IMG/VR virus record: IMGVR_UViG_3300032782_000002 | DNA length: 64,000 bases | Reading direction: 5' to 3' (one strand) | Source: a virus | Lineage: Duplodnaviria; Caudoviricetes | Part shown: in pieces, positions 25,176-38,009 of the stretch | Layout: every line of letters begins with the position of its first letter | Position numbering within the stretch: the stretch's first letter is position 1 | The notes under the pieces: generated by a model | The model's input: only the letters and a program-made list of their open reading frames with translations | Database searches by the model: none | What the model was told of the DNA's origin: nothing | Position numbers and translations under genes: made by a program

Positions 25176-28100
25176 GAGGCGGCTTGATGGTCTTGGCGCG
25201 CACGATCCAGTGCGCGCCGCAGCCCCAGTTGTTCTTCTTCTTGTCGATGTTGTTGAACAGATGCACCTGATGGAAGTGTCCGCCCTCGCAGGCGTCGCAC
25301 TCGCAGTACTTACGGGGATCGTGCCAGACCCACTCGTCGCCGCATCTCGGGCATGTGGGCGCCATCGGGTTGCTCCAGTCCAAGATGAGCGGCGCGGCCG
25401 GTTTGGGTGTGGGCCTGGACGTATCCGGCGGCGTCTCGGGCGGTGTCTCCGGCGTTCGGTACGGCCCGAGCTGCGGCATCTCGACCGACTGCAGCTGCGG
25501 GTGCTCGGCCGCGAAGCGTTCGAGCGTGGCGCGCACGTATCGCTGGTGACGTCGGTTCTCGATGTAGATCAGAACGAGAACGAGGACGCAGCCGATGGGC
25601 CCCAGGATCACGGCGTGGTCCCGCCTGCGAGGCCGTCCGCCTTGGCGATGAGATCGTCGAGGGCAGCGCGCCACCGGTGGCCCGGCGCAACCTCTTCGAT
25701 CACGGTCGCGCGGTCGCGCTCGAATGCTTCGCCGCCCGCGCTGTCGCGCGCCGACACCTTCACGTGATCGATGCGCACGAGGTGGTAGCGTGCCGGGTGC
25801 GACTCGCGTTCGCAGTACAGGCCCGCCCAGTGCTTGCCGCCGGTGAAGTGCAGCACGGCGAACGCGCCGCGCCGGTAGCGCAGCGTGACGTGGCTGTTGA
25901 AGTTCACGCCGGGCGTCTTGACCTGCTCGCCCAGCTCGCGCGGCAGCTTCACGGTGTACTCGTTCATGAGGGCTCACACCTTCGCCCCGGCCTGGCGCCG
26001 CAGACCGGGCAAGTGACGTGGCGCACGTGCCGCGCGCTCCGCTCGAACGCGGTCTGGAACCGTTCGAGGTGGGTGGTCTTCTCGTCGGGGTGGCCGCTGC
26101 CGAGCCGCGCGAGATCCTTGGTCGTCATCGGGCGCCAGCGCGAGTTCATGATCGCCGCGGGAAGAGGGCGTTGACGCGCTCGGCGACCTGGCCGAACACG
26201 GGGCGCATCGGCATGTCGCCGACCCAGCTATAGCCGCGCCTGTGGCGGTGGGTGGTGTGCATCTGCGCCTCGCCCGACGCGAACTGCACGAGCCAGACGT
26301 CGCGCACGTACTCGGCAGTGAGGGGCTGGTTGATGACGCGATGAAGCAGAATGACGGCCTCCTGGTTGTACTCGTCTCTCGGGGAGCCGATTCGGATGAG
26401 TCCCTCGGGATCCAGCTTGTTCAGCACCTTCATGATCTTGTCCGTGTCGCTCATCGCAGCCTCCTCACGCCGGGCGCAGAACCCTGGCGAACGTCCGACC
26501 GACCTCGGTTTCCTCGTCCGACGACCATTCGCGGCCGCCGTCGGTGTGCAGCCCCCGGTGGCCCTCGCGCATGGTGCAGAAACGGATCGACGTCGACCCG
26601 CGCGAGACCATGCACTGGCGCCCGCCGCGCTTGCGGTCCTGTTCGATCCGGCGCGTGATGCGCCGCCGCTCACACCCCTCGCGGTTCAGGCAACGGCCCT
26701 CCACCAGAGCCGCCCGCTTGGATCCGCACACGCTGCATTCACTCATGGGTTCCTCCGTTTACGAAGACGTACGACGACAGCGTCGTGCTCACGCGCGGCG
26801 GCGTGCGCCGCGGTCTTGGAGGCGAAGCGCTTGGCGCCGCGCTGATCGGTCCACTCGCCGTCGCCCAGGTAGTAGATGGCCTTGGGCAGCACCTCGTAGA
26901 TCTTCACGAGCCAGACTGGCTGCGGGCTCGCCTCGTACGCGTCGGCCGCCTTGCATCGTGCGCAGCCACACGCACACTCGGCCCCGCTACGGCGGAAGCA
27001 CCCGCTGCTGGCGATCTGGCAATGAACGCGGCGTTGCATGCTACTTCCCGATGAGCCGCCGCAGGTGGTGCAGCTCCATCACGCGCCCGCTCAGCTCACT
27101 GTCCTTCGAGGCGTCGTTCGGCTCCAGTGCCATGAGGCGCGCGTCGATGACTCCGAGAATGCGGGTGCGCTCCTCGCGGGTGGCCGCCTCGCGCAGGCCG
27201 CGGAGCGTAGTGCCGGGGATGGTCCTGTGGATGGAGCAGAGCCCGGAGGGATCCGAGTGCTGGTTGTTGCACGTGACGTCACCGAGGATCATGTCGCAGC
27301 GAAAGATCTTCATGTCCGACCACGTGCAGTAGCCGCCTTCAGGGCATCGCGGATCGGCGAAGTATTCCGGGCGGGTGCGGCCGCACTTCGTGCACTTTTC
27401 GGTGGGCATGGTTCTCCTCAGAGCTTGCGGATGGGGGTCAGCGCCACGACGCGGCATCCGACGGACGCCACCGTCGGGAAACGCATCTTCTCGGCGAGAG
27501 CCGCTTCCTTGGTCGGTGCGCGCCATGCCGTCTTGACGGTGCCGCCGAACATCGGGCCGATGCCGGTCATCTGCTGGTAGTAGCCGCTGCGGGCGCTCTT
27601 GATGGCGTACTCCTGCCTGTTGCGCTCGGTGTCGTACTGCTGTCGGCTCTTGACGGCGTTGGCGTAGGCGATGGCCGCCTCGCGTAGTCGCTTGCGAGTG
27701 TGCTGACGGTCCACGCTTTGGGCTGCGTTCAGTAGCATGTGCCACGTGGCTCGTTCCTCTGCGTTCATCGTGCCTCCTCGGGTTTCGGAACCTTCACCGC
27801 GGCCTCTTCTCGCGGACCTTGACGCGCGTCGGCACGCCCAGATTGCGCATCACATAGGCGATGCGCGCGTTGCAGCGCATCCACTGCGTGCTGCACTTGT
27901 GCCTGGCCGGCTCGGACGCGTCGCACTCGCATCCGGGCGGGCGCTGCCACGGCTTTGCCATCTTGCGCTCCTGCCGGAGCGTATCGCGCCCCGCATCGGT
28001 TGCCTCGATCGTCCTGGCGTGAAGCCAGTACACGAGTCCCATCTTGTAGAGGCGCTCGGCGACCTGGTACTCCGAGCTGCCCCGCAACCACGCGCCCTTC

Positions 28101-29273
28101 GCTGCGCGCTGGAGCATACGCAGCTGTGGTTGATCCGGAACGGCTCGCGCAGCAGCACCACACCATCACGCGACTTCGTCATCGCTTCTTCCCGACGCGC
28201 CGTCGCTCGTGCCAGCCGTTCGCGTACGCGAAGGGGCAGTCGCCGCGGATTCCTCCGGTTAGCGGGCAGCTACAGCGCTTGGTAGGCATCGACTCCTCTC
28301 AAGGTGGCGAAGAACCACCACCGGCTACGCGATACGCGCTCCCAGTTCGCGTTACCTTTCGGTGGCTCGTACTGGCCGGTCAGGCGCATGCAGAGCAGAC
28401 GCCCTCGGTGGTCCAGGTGCTCGGATGGCGGAGCGCCGCAGTGTTTGCAGTTCATCGCGTTGCCTTTCGGTAGTCGATGATCGCGCAGTCTTCCGGTAGT
28501 CGGTTGCCCAGATCGTCCATCGTCGCGCACATGATAGCTTCGTCTCGCAGCCGCGGCCGGTGCATGCACGCTCGGCAGATGAGCCGCCGGCAGATGACGC
28601 ATCGGCGTCGTCGACCGCTGTCGGACGCCGTGCACACCCGCCCGCATCGCTCGCACGGCTTCATCGCTCAGTCGCTTCCGCCGAGGCCGCCGCCGTGCGC
28701 CTGCATGTCGGCCATGTCCGGTATTCGTCCGTGTGGAAGGGGCAGTCGACGTCGCCGCACGCGCCACGCCGCGCGCCGTGATCGCACCGCGGGCCCGTCT
28801 CGACGATGCGATTGAAGGTCGCCGACAGCTCACGGGAGTGCCTCTCGCGCCGCTCGCACTCCTCGGTGCGGACGTGCGCGTTCATGTGGTCGTCGTAGTA
28901 CGGGTGCGAGACCGGCTTGTTGTGGTCGATGTAGCAGATGTCCCCGAGCTTCTTCACGGCGTGCGCCTCGGGGTGCAGTACCGGTCGCGCACCCGCTGCG
29001 CCAGCGTCACGAGATCGGGCGCTGCGTTCGGCGACGCCAGGACGGCATCCGAGAGCCGGTGCAGCGCCGCGCGCACGAAGTCCTCGCCGGAGAGGTTGCC
29101 GTCCGCGTGATCCTGCTCGTACAGGTGCAGAAACTCGCGCACGTCATGCGCCAGCCCGTCGGCCTGCCCCGCGAGGTAGGGCTCGCCGCCCCATCCCTCG
29201 CGCTTCGCTCGCTCGATGTGGTCGCACCTGGACTTCATGCGCCCCACCAGCTCTCGTCTTGCTCCCGCGTTGT

Positions 29274-29834
29274 TCACGGCTTCTCTCCTCTGTCGAGATG
29301 GTCGACGTTGGCGTTGGTGCGTCGTCCGTGGCTCCAGTCGACGACGGCGACGGCTCCGTGCACGTAGACGACGACGCCCTCATCGCCCACACGGAGCCCC
29401 AGGATGTCGAGCTTAGCGGTCGGGAATCGATCCGACACGCGCACTCGATCGCCTCTTTTCATGGGGACGGGCATGCGTGTCGGCAGGCGCTTCCACCAGT
29501 GGACGCCCGCATCGGGCACCGACGTGTAGCCCCAGAACGTGTCGCCCTCTTCGGTGGGCACTGCCGGCACGCGCAACCCGATCGAGTCGGTTCGGCCCAT
29601 GTCGTGCGTGCGCCCATCTGCGTCCTTGACGAACCACTTGATCCGCCCGTCGGCGTCGATGGCGCTCACATCCTTGTCCTGGCTCTTGCCGGCACAATCG
29701 CAGCACACCAGCTCTGTGTGGTCGGCGAAGGTCTGGTACTCCCGCCAGAGCTTGCAGCCGTGCGCGCCGCACGTCGTGCACCGGTAGAGAGCGGGCGGCG
29801 TGGTGTTCGCGTAGTTGACTCGTCCGAAGTTCAT
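29274..29834 (-). CDS. Cys-rich hypothetical phage protein
   Basis: CTTCG.HGCKLWREYQ...CCDC; clean ORF within the operon. Confidence 0.65.
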   Translation of the reverse strand: MNFGRVNYANTTPPALYRCTTCGAHGCKLWREYQTFADHTELVCCDCAGKSQDKDVSAIDADGRIKWFVKDADGRTHDMGRTDSIGLRVPAVPTEEGDTFWGYTSVPDAGVHWWKRLPTRMPVPMKRGDRVRVSDRFPTAKLDILGLRVGDEGVVVYVHGAVAVVDWSHGRRTNANVDHLDRGEKP

Positions 29835-32800
29835 CGGCGGGCCTCTTCACGTGCGCGCACTGCGTAGCCCACAACTGCGCCCACGTTGAAAGTGACACTG
29901 AGGATGAATAGATCAAAAAGCCACGTCGGCATTGTCTCTCCTCGCTTTCGCCACCGCCTCGTCCCATCGCGCGGCCCACGCCTGAGCGTCGGCTGGTAGT
30001 CGCTGACGCAGGCTCTCACCGGCCGCGATGAGGTTCACGATGGCGGCGTGCATCGACGGGGATGACGAGTCTACGGAGGCCAGCATGTGCGACCGCAGTT
30101 CGACCACCAGCGCGCGTGTGGTCGGCGTCATGTCCCACTCCTGGCCGCGTTCGCTGACGACGCCAGCCGCGTCGAGCAACGCACGCTCCACATCCGCCAC
30201 CCGTGCGCGCTCGCGGTCGATCATGCCGAAGAGCGAGCGAAGCACTCCACCGAGCGGGTCGCCGACCTCGGATGCCATCTTGCGGAGCGCGTCCTCTGCC
30301 TGTCTTTCGCCGGTCTCGTCAGCCATTACGCCTCTCTTTCAGCCCGCAGTGCGCGCCGGAGCGCCACCGTCACTACTGCACGAGATGTTGTGAATCATCG
30401 GCCCCCGTCCAAAGTTCATGGGCGCGTTGCCGCACGCCGGGCACGCTACCGCCAGCTTGTCCGCCGCCGTCAATCCGGCCGGACATTCGTTGCGACACTC
30501 CCCGAGACGGAACCAACCACACCAGCACCGTTGTGCCGGTGGTATGCGCTCCAGCGCCTCGTAGGCGGCCCTTTGCTCTCTGTTCATCCAGTCTAGGGAC
30601 ACGTCTCCTCGCTCATCGGACTACCGTCCGTCCGTTTACGGTGTCTGTGCCCGTCAAGCCAGGGCATCCGTCGTGCGGTGGGTGCGGATAACAGGAGGTA
30701 CACCAGTGCGAACTCGTGTCGCGGTCGATACGACGCTCGCGCTTTCTTCGCGCCTTCGGCCGCGCCGTTTCGCCCGACTTTTTGCCCGCCATTGTCTACG
30801 CCTCGGGAACGTCACGAACCCAGAACCACAAGATCGGCTGCTTCGACGCCCGCATCTCTCCGAGCACGGAGCCGCACATCACCCACGCGGAATCATCAGG
30901 CGGGCAGGGATCGTCGACGTCATAGATGCTGAAACCAGGCTCGTCCCAGTTCAACGTCCCGATCGTCGTTCGGTACTCTCTCATCCTCTGATCTCCTCGT
31001 TGCCGAGCAGCTCGTCGATCTCCTCGATCTCATCGACTGCTCGGTTGTACGCCTTGCTGAAGACGCGGACCCTGTCCACAACCTCTTCGGCAGCTTCGCG
31101 GCGACGAAGTAGGTAGGTGCGCACTTCTGGGTTGGTCCTCTTCTTCTTGTGCATCGACCTAATCCTCGCGGATCGCCCTCACCTCGACCTTGCAGTCCGG
31201 ATACAGTTTTCGGAGATGCTCGGCCTGCTTGGCGGCTTCCGCGTGTGACCCTTCCCATCGATCGCCGTCCTGATCGCCGTCGTTCATCCACCGCCCTTGC
31301 GGCTTGACAGGCTTGGGTGTGAGAAAGACACCGAATCGCTTGCTCATGGTCTTGCTCCCGCGCGAGTACTGCTTCAGCGTGTGTTCTAGCTCGCGCGCAG
31401 CTTTGTCCGCGCTGTCCTGAGCCGCCCAGGCGAATCGGCAGATACCGGTGCGTGACAGTCGCTCGCCGACCCCGATAGAGATGCTGGCCTCCCAGAAGTA
31501 GTCCTCCCCATCCCGACGCTCGATTCTCGTGGTCGCTTTGGTCACGCGGGCACCCTGTCTGTGTGTAGGCGCAGCCATCGAGCCTGCTCTTCGATGACGG
31601 CGCGGGCTATGGCCTCCCACCGAGCTTGCGTGTCGGGTGCGATGCCCGACCACGGATTGGCCTCCTCGGCACCGAGAAACGCGCGCTGGCGTACGGCCTC
31701 CTCGAACGCGGCCTGGCCCGGGGTTCTCCGCTCCCGCGCTGTTTCCAACTGCGCGACCCGCGCACGCAGATTCAGGATTGTCAGGTCGCGAGCGCTGATG
31801 TCCGCGCTGTACTTCGTCTCCAGGTCTTCGAGCAGCTCGCGGACGCTCGCCTCGTTCTCCGTTGCGAGCGGCAGCGCCTCGCATCCAGTCGCGGCGTGCT
31901 TGTGGCCGTCGGGGCTGAGCCATGCGGCCGCGCCATCCGGGATGACCGCTTTGCCGCAACTGCAGCGACGCGCGCTAGCGGGCGACATGGTCCTTGCACC
32001 CGCTCATGATGTGGGTGGTCAGCAAGTGCTTCGGCACGTTGCGGCCGCACGTGGCGCACATGCCGAGGGGCGCGTCGCCCTGCAGTCCAGGCGTCACGCC
32101 GCCGACCATGATGGGTGGCGGTGCCGGCGGCGGTGGCGGCGCCTGCGGCAATGCTTGCGGCACCGGGGGCGTCTGCGCCTGGTGCGTGGCTGGCGGCGCG
32201 ACGGAAGGCGTGCGGCCGCCGGCCTTCGTGATGATCAGCTCGCAGAGCGTCGCCAGCGCCACGGTCGGCAGCGGGTGCACCTCGCCGTTCTTGAGCTTCA
32301 CGTTGCGGCGCTGCGCGTCGATCTCGCCGCCGATGGCGGCAATGCGCGCGGCGATGTCGAGGGCCACGTCGTCGAGGATGGTCACGGGGTCTTCTCCTGC
32401 TCTGCTAGGTCCAGCGCAGTCCGTTCGTCACGGTGCGCAGGCGGTCCAGGTGTTCGCGGACGCCGCGCGGGACGGCCACCGACGGCGGATCTGCGCACGC
32501 CGGCAGGTTGAGCATCTGCGCGATCTCGCAGAGCGCGGTCAGGTGCCGGTCGTCGCCGCTCGTGGGCGGCGGTGCGGGCGTCTCGCGCGTGAAGGCGCTG
32601 ACCAGCGCCGTCACGACCGCAACCGACAAGGGCTTGTACTCGCCCCAGGATCGCGACGCGAGCACGATGTCGCGCCGCGCCAGCCACGCCAAGAACGTTG
32701 TGATGTACATGTCGGGGCTCCTACTGGATGAGGTGTACGCCCTCGTTGAGGGTGAAAGTGTTGTTGTCGGTGTTGTACGTGCCGGCGCCGATCGTGACGA

Positions 32801-33703
32801 GGATGGACAGGCTGCGGCGGTGGCGCGCCTCGGTGGGGAGGGGCTCGGGCGCGGCCGCCTGCGCGGCGCGCACGATGGCGTGCTGCGCGCGGGTGAGCGC
32901 GAAGATGCGTGGGCCGACGCGCACGAGGTGCGTGTGGCTCGCGGTTCTCGATCCGGAACGGCCTCCCATCAGATGGTCTCCTGGGTGATGTCGGCGACGA
33001 CGACGTAGACGCTGACGGCGATGCGCTCGGCGCGCACCTGGCGTGTGTGGATGCGCGGCCGTCGTCCGAGCGCCTTGTGGTGGTCGCGGCACTCTTCCGC
33101 GTCGGCGCGCACGAGGAAGACGTTGTAGATGCAGCGCCCTGCCACGGTCATGTGTACCACTCATCCGGTTCCAGCAGTTCCTTCGCCACCTGCGCCGACA
33201 GCTCGCTGTTGGCCGGCAGGTGTGGCGCGCATGCTCGCAGTAGCTCGCGCAGGCGGTTGACGCGTTGGTGGCTGGCACGAAGCCCCTCGTCGGCATGTCC
33301 AGCCGCGAAGGCGTCGTCGTCGCTGCTCGGGTGCAGAAGGCTCATGGTTCACCGGGGGTGACGATCCGCTTCGGTGGGCGGAAGCGGTACTCGATGCCGC
33401 AGTTGTCGCAGTGCCAGCCGCTCACATGCGCCTGCTGCGGCGGGCTGCCGAGGACGTCACTGGGGTGGAAGCGGATATCGGCGATGACGAGGCCCTCGCA
33501 GACGTAGCAGGTGCCGGGATGCGGTGCGTACTTGCCGGTGAGCGTGCGCTGCTCCTCGTCCTCGCGCTCGCGCTCTTCCATGCGGCGTGCCAGCTCGACG
33601 GGATCGACCCGGAAGAATCGCGGCAGATCCGGCGGGATCTCGGGCAGCCGCACCTTCGGGCGCTTCGGACGCCGTGTCGAGAGTCGTCGAGGGCGGCGCT
33701 CGG

Positions 33704-36376
33704 TCACGCTTCGATCTCCTCGGCATTGGGGTCGGCGGCTTGCTTGGCCTTCATGCGCTCGTACAGACCCTTGAGCACCTGGACGGGCGTCTTGTCGCCG
33801 CCCTCCAGATCCCTCTGCAGGCCGTCGCTGCTCTTGCCGACGCTGTCCTTGAAGTCGCTCATCTTGCGGATGATGGTGTCGCGAATCAGCTCGTCGGCCG
33901 TGCCGCGCGCGACGACGTACTGGAAGAGCGTGCGCATCTGCTGGCGGAAGCGGTGCATGCGGCCCTCCCACTGCACCAGCTTGCTCGGCACGTACGGCAG
34001 CTCGGCGCAGATGCCGATGTTGGCGTAGGTCAGGTCCAGGCCCACGCCCATCGAGTCGATGGTCGCGCAGAGCACTGTGGGCTTGGCCTCGATGATGGCG
34101 CGCCTCTTGGCGGCCCCGACTTCCCCGTGGATGACCTGCGCGTCGACGCCCTCGCCACGCAGCGCGTCCGCCAGCTGCTCGGCCACGATCTTGCGCCACG
34201 TGCCGATGACGATCTTGCTGCCCGCCTCGGCGTGGCTGTACGCGAGCGACGCGACGTCGTTGAGCTTGCCGTCGGCCGCCATGTCGAGCGCGCGGCGCAG
34301 CGACTCGTCGTTCTGCAGCGCGACGGCCATGGAGAGCTGGAAGCGCCGCTCCACGTCGACCTCGATGATCTGCCGCGTACGCGGCGGAAGCTGCATGCCG
34401 ACGTCGTCCTTGGTCCGGCGCAGCATGAAGAACGACAGGCGACGCTGTAGCTCCGGCAAGTCCGAGCTGCCCTTGGTGTTCCACACGACGCGCTCGGCGC
34501 TGATGCGCTCTTGGAAGGCCCCCGTGTGCTTTTTGTAAAAGGCGAATGGTGCGCCGAATCGGCCTTCGCTCATCACGTTGATGGGCGCCCAGAGATCCCG
34601 CGGGCGGCTCGTCATCGGCGTCGCCGACAGCAGCATGCGGCTCTCAGCCAGCTTCGCGAGCTTCTCGGCCGCGCGCGTGCGCCGGGCCCGGTCGCCCATC
34701 AGCATGTGGGCCTCGTCGAAGATGATCGTTCTGGCACCCCACGCGAGCAGGATGTCCGTCCAGGCGTAGAGGATGTCGTAGTTGATGATGACGATCTGGA
34801 TGTCGCCGTCGGGCTTGAGCAGCTGCGCCTGCTCGTACGTGTCGCGCGCAGCCTTCGAGGGCGGCTTGACGCCGGTCGTCTCGATGATGCGCTTGAGCTG
34901 CCCCTTGTTGTCGGCGGTAGCCTTCGCCAGTGCGATGGTGTCGAGCGCCATCTTGGTGTTGGCCAGATCCTCGGGGCTCGTCTGAACGCCGGTCAGCACG
35001 AGCACCTTCTGCCCCGGCCATCCGGCGGGGGTCGGTGGATCGAGCTTCGCGTCACCTTCGAGCCCCGTGACCCAGACGCCCTTGAGGAATGTCGGGCACA
35101 CAATGATGGTGCGCCCCCGTAGGGCGCGCGCTGCGCGAAGCGCCTGTACTGTCTTACCGCAGTTGTGGACGACGATGCCGTCGGCAACGAAGTTGCGGTG
35201 CGGATCGGCGCAGACGATGTCGTAGACATGCGTCTCGCCGTCCGGACGCACGCGGACCACACGTTCCTTGTGGGGGAAGAACACGACCTCCCCGCCTTTG
35301 CCGCCGATGCCGCCGTGCAGATGACGGAACTTCTCTTCCTCACCGTGCAGCTGCGCGTGCACGCTCTTGGTCATCAGTTCGAGGTTCGCGAGGCGGTTGT
35401 CGTCCTTGATGCCGTTCTTGTGGTGGACGATCTCGTCATCGGTAAGGTACCGCCGGAGGTGGGCCTCCATGACGAGCCGGTGTTCGGGAACGCGCCCACC
35501 AGCCCGCGGTGGGTGATCGTGCATGCCGCTGACGAGGACGTACCCGTCCGCGTCGTAGTGGCGGCCGCCGATGGATGTCGGCTTCGTGCGCAGGTGGCGG
35601 TAGATACACGTGCGACAGTGCCCGGTGAACCGCGGTCTGGATGGATACGACGGGGTAGTAGTGACGCCCTTGGTGGATCCGCACCGACGGCATCGTGCGC
35701 GGCCGTTGGCCAGCACGTACTGGCCTGGGCGTAGGGTGTCGGCTCTCACGAAGCCGTCAGGTGTTCCGATCTCGTGATCGGGTGTGACGCGGATCGTCTT
35801 GCCCGAGTCGAGTTCGACGCGCACGACTGCTCGCACACCACGATCGACGACGTCTCGGATCGGGTGCAGGCGCAGTGTGTCCCCGCAGAGCGAACGCACG
35901 TAGGTCGGAATGGACGGGCGCCACGTCTTGCCGCCGTGGCTCTTGCCGCCGTGGAACTTGTGGTGGAGGGCCGCGAGCTTGATGACGAAGCTCTTTGCGG
36001 CGCGGCTTACACGCACGGTGGCCTCGCCGTCAACGCAGCCGACTTCGTCGGCGAGGAACGCGCCCTCGCCCGAGTGCACGACCAGGAACTTGACGCCGTC
36101 CTTCTGGTAGTCGCGCAGATCCGTGAACGAGATGGGCGCCAGCACGTTCTTCGGGATGGCGCCGGGCGACGGCAGCCGGCTCATGTCGATGCGCAGCTTC
36201 TTGGCGGCGATGCGCCGCGCGGCCGCGTCCACCGCGTCCACGTAGCCAACCCACGCCTTGCGCTCGGCCGCCCAGTGCAGGCCCGGTGTGGCCTTGCACT
36301 CCTCGCGCACGGTGGGGCTGTAGATCGGCGTGTGGATGCCCCACTCACTGCCGCCGTAGTGTCGTACGAGGATCAT
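33704..36376 (-). CDS. SNF2/HARP-like DEAH helicase containing an intein
   Basis: LRDYQ, LADEVG|CGKT, IIFDEAH, LSATP, LRRTK, QWEGRMHR. Confidence 0.92.
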   Translation of the reverse strand: MILVRHYGGSEWGIHTPIYSPTVREECKATPGLHWAAERKAWVGYVDAVDAAARRIAAKKLRIDMSRLPSPGAIPKNVLAPISFTDLRDYQKDGVKFLVVHSGEGAFLADEVGCVDGEATVRVSRAAKSFVIKLAALHHKFHGGKSHGGKTWRPSIPTYVRSLCGDTLRLHPIRDVVDRGVRAVVRVELDSGKTIRVTPDHEIGTPDGFVRADTLRPGQYVLANGRARCRRCGSTKGVTTTPSYPSRPRFTGHCRTCIYRHLRTKPTSIGGRHYDADGYVLVSGMHDHPPRAGGRVPEHRLVMEAHLRRYLTDDEIVHHKNGIKDDNRLANLELMTKSVHAQLHGEEEKFRHLHGGIGGKGGEVVFFPHKERVVRVRPDGETHVYDIVCADPHRNFVADGIVVHNCGKTVQALRAARALRGRTIIVCPTFLKGVWVTGLEGDAKLDPPTPAGWPGQKVLVLTGVQTSPEDLANTKMALDTIALAKATADNKGQLKRIIETTGVKPPSKAARDTYEQAQLLKPDGDIQIVIINYDILYAWTDILLAWGARTIIFDEAHMLMGDRARRTRAAEKLAKLAESRMLLSATPMTSRPRDLWAPINVMSEGRFGAPFAFYKKHTGAFQERISAERVVWNTKGSSDLPELQRRLSFFMLRRTKDDVGMQLPPRTRQIIEVDVERRFQLSMAVALQNDESLRRALDMAADGKLNDVASLAYSHAEAGSKIVIGTWRKIVAEQLADALRGEGVDAQVIHGEVGAAKRRAIIEAKPTVLCATIDSMGVGLDLTYANIGICAELPYVPSKLVQWEGRMHRFRQQMRTLFQYVVARGTADELIRDTIIRKMSDFKDSVGKSSDGLQRDLEGGDKTPVQVLKGLYERMKAKQAADPNAEEIEA
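35162..36037 (-). mobile_element. Intein with HNH homing endonuclease (292 aa)
   Basis: Starts CVDGEA; block B TPDH; ends VYDI...NFVADGIVVHN|C; internal EHRLVME...VHHKNGIKDDNRLANL. Confidence 0.92.
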
Positions 36377-38009
36377 CGGTCGGCTCTGTCCGTCTGGATG
36401 GCGAGGGCGAGATCCCGCTCGGCGTCGCGAAGCGCCTGGTTCATGTCGGAGATGCGCTTCTGGGCGCCCTCGACGATGTTGGCCAGCAGCTCGATGAGCG
36501 CGTCTTCGGGCGTGTCCGCGAGCATGTTGCGGTCCACGTGGCGCGTGGAGTGGTTGCCGCAGGTGGCGCTGTACTTGGGCGTGTCGGCGTCCAGGTGGGT
36601 GCCCACGGTGATCTCGATCAGCGTGGCGGTCGGGATCTCGCGACTGACGAGCGCGTGGATCCGTTCGTAGCGCTGGGTGATGGTCAGGCTGCGCAGGCGC
36701 TGGGTGAGCGCGTAGCGTACGGCGCGCTTCGACTCGTCGACGAGCGGCGGGTGGCTGGCTTCGCCCTTCACGGCTTCCCCGCGATCTTCAGGATGGTCAG
36801 TTGTGCGGCGGCTTCCACGGTCTCCTCGTCCATCAGGCCATGTTCTGGGATCAGCTCCACGCGCGTCTTGGGGATGGGGCTGCGGTTGAACCTGCGCTGG
36901 ATGCGCAGCGCCTCGCTTACGTAGCCGACGCCGTGCGGATCGCCACTCGGGACGAAGCAGTCGTCGATGGCACGCCATCCCCAGGTCTCGCCGTTGCGCG
37001 CGACGCGTACGTGGTTGCCCGCGGCGATCTGGACGGTGCCGAGCACGAGGGTCTTGCCGTCCTCGCTGCCGAGAAACCACACCTCCATGCCCTCACTGGC
37101 CCAGGCGACGCGTTCGTAGCTCACAGCGGGCACCTGGGAGGAAAGGGGGTTGTCTTGGGGGTGGGGTCGTCACTCCGGGTGTGAGGCTCGTCGGGGCACC
37201 ACGGGTGGCCGTCGCGTTCTCTGCGCTGCGGGTGCTCGCAGCACGACACAGCAAAGAACCCCATCGACCGCTCCGGATCGGCTGGTGCGCGGTACGGGCA
37301 CTCGAATCGGTTGTGGACGTCGAGCGTGACGCGCTTCACAGCTTTCATGGCTGGCGCTCCGCAGCCAGGCGCGCCTCGATCCACTCCAGCAGCGCCACGG
37401 CGTCGCGGTCTTCGGAGCGCCCGCAGATGAGTCGACGGGACCCGCAGTGCGCGTCGCAGGCGTGCAGCTCCCCGCACGGCTCGTACTCGCCGTAACAGCT
37501 CCCCGGAGTGCGTGCCACCGCGCCGCTCGGGCTCCCGACGTGGACGTGCGCCCGGTAGCGAAGCCTCGCGAGCGCGTCCTCGAACGGATGCGCGCCGCAG
37601 TGCTTGCAGCGCCGCAGCCGGTACCGCGTCTCCGGAAGCCACTCGTGCTGGCAGCCGGCGTCGCGCTCGCGATGGACGGCGCTGTCGTGCAGCTCGTGGT
37701 GGGCGGCGTTGTCGTAGGTGCTCACTTGCGCCTCGCCTTCCTGCGCTTGCGCTTCTCGCGGCGGCGCACAGGCTTCTCGCGACGGCGCACCGTCGAGAGG
37801 GCGGAGGTGGTCGTCACGACGGTCTCACTCAGACCCCCGGTTGCCCGGACGCGAGCCCACCGCAGCACCGGCACGTACCCGGCTTCGCGCAGCAGGTGCT
37901 CCTCGGTCTTGGTGACGCTCGGGAACAGGCCCACCATGGCCTCGTTGTTGGGATCGGCAGGGCGCATAGCGGCGGCCACGAGCGTATCGGCGAGCTGAGG
38001 CATTGTCAA

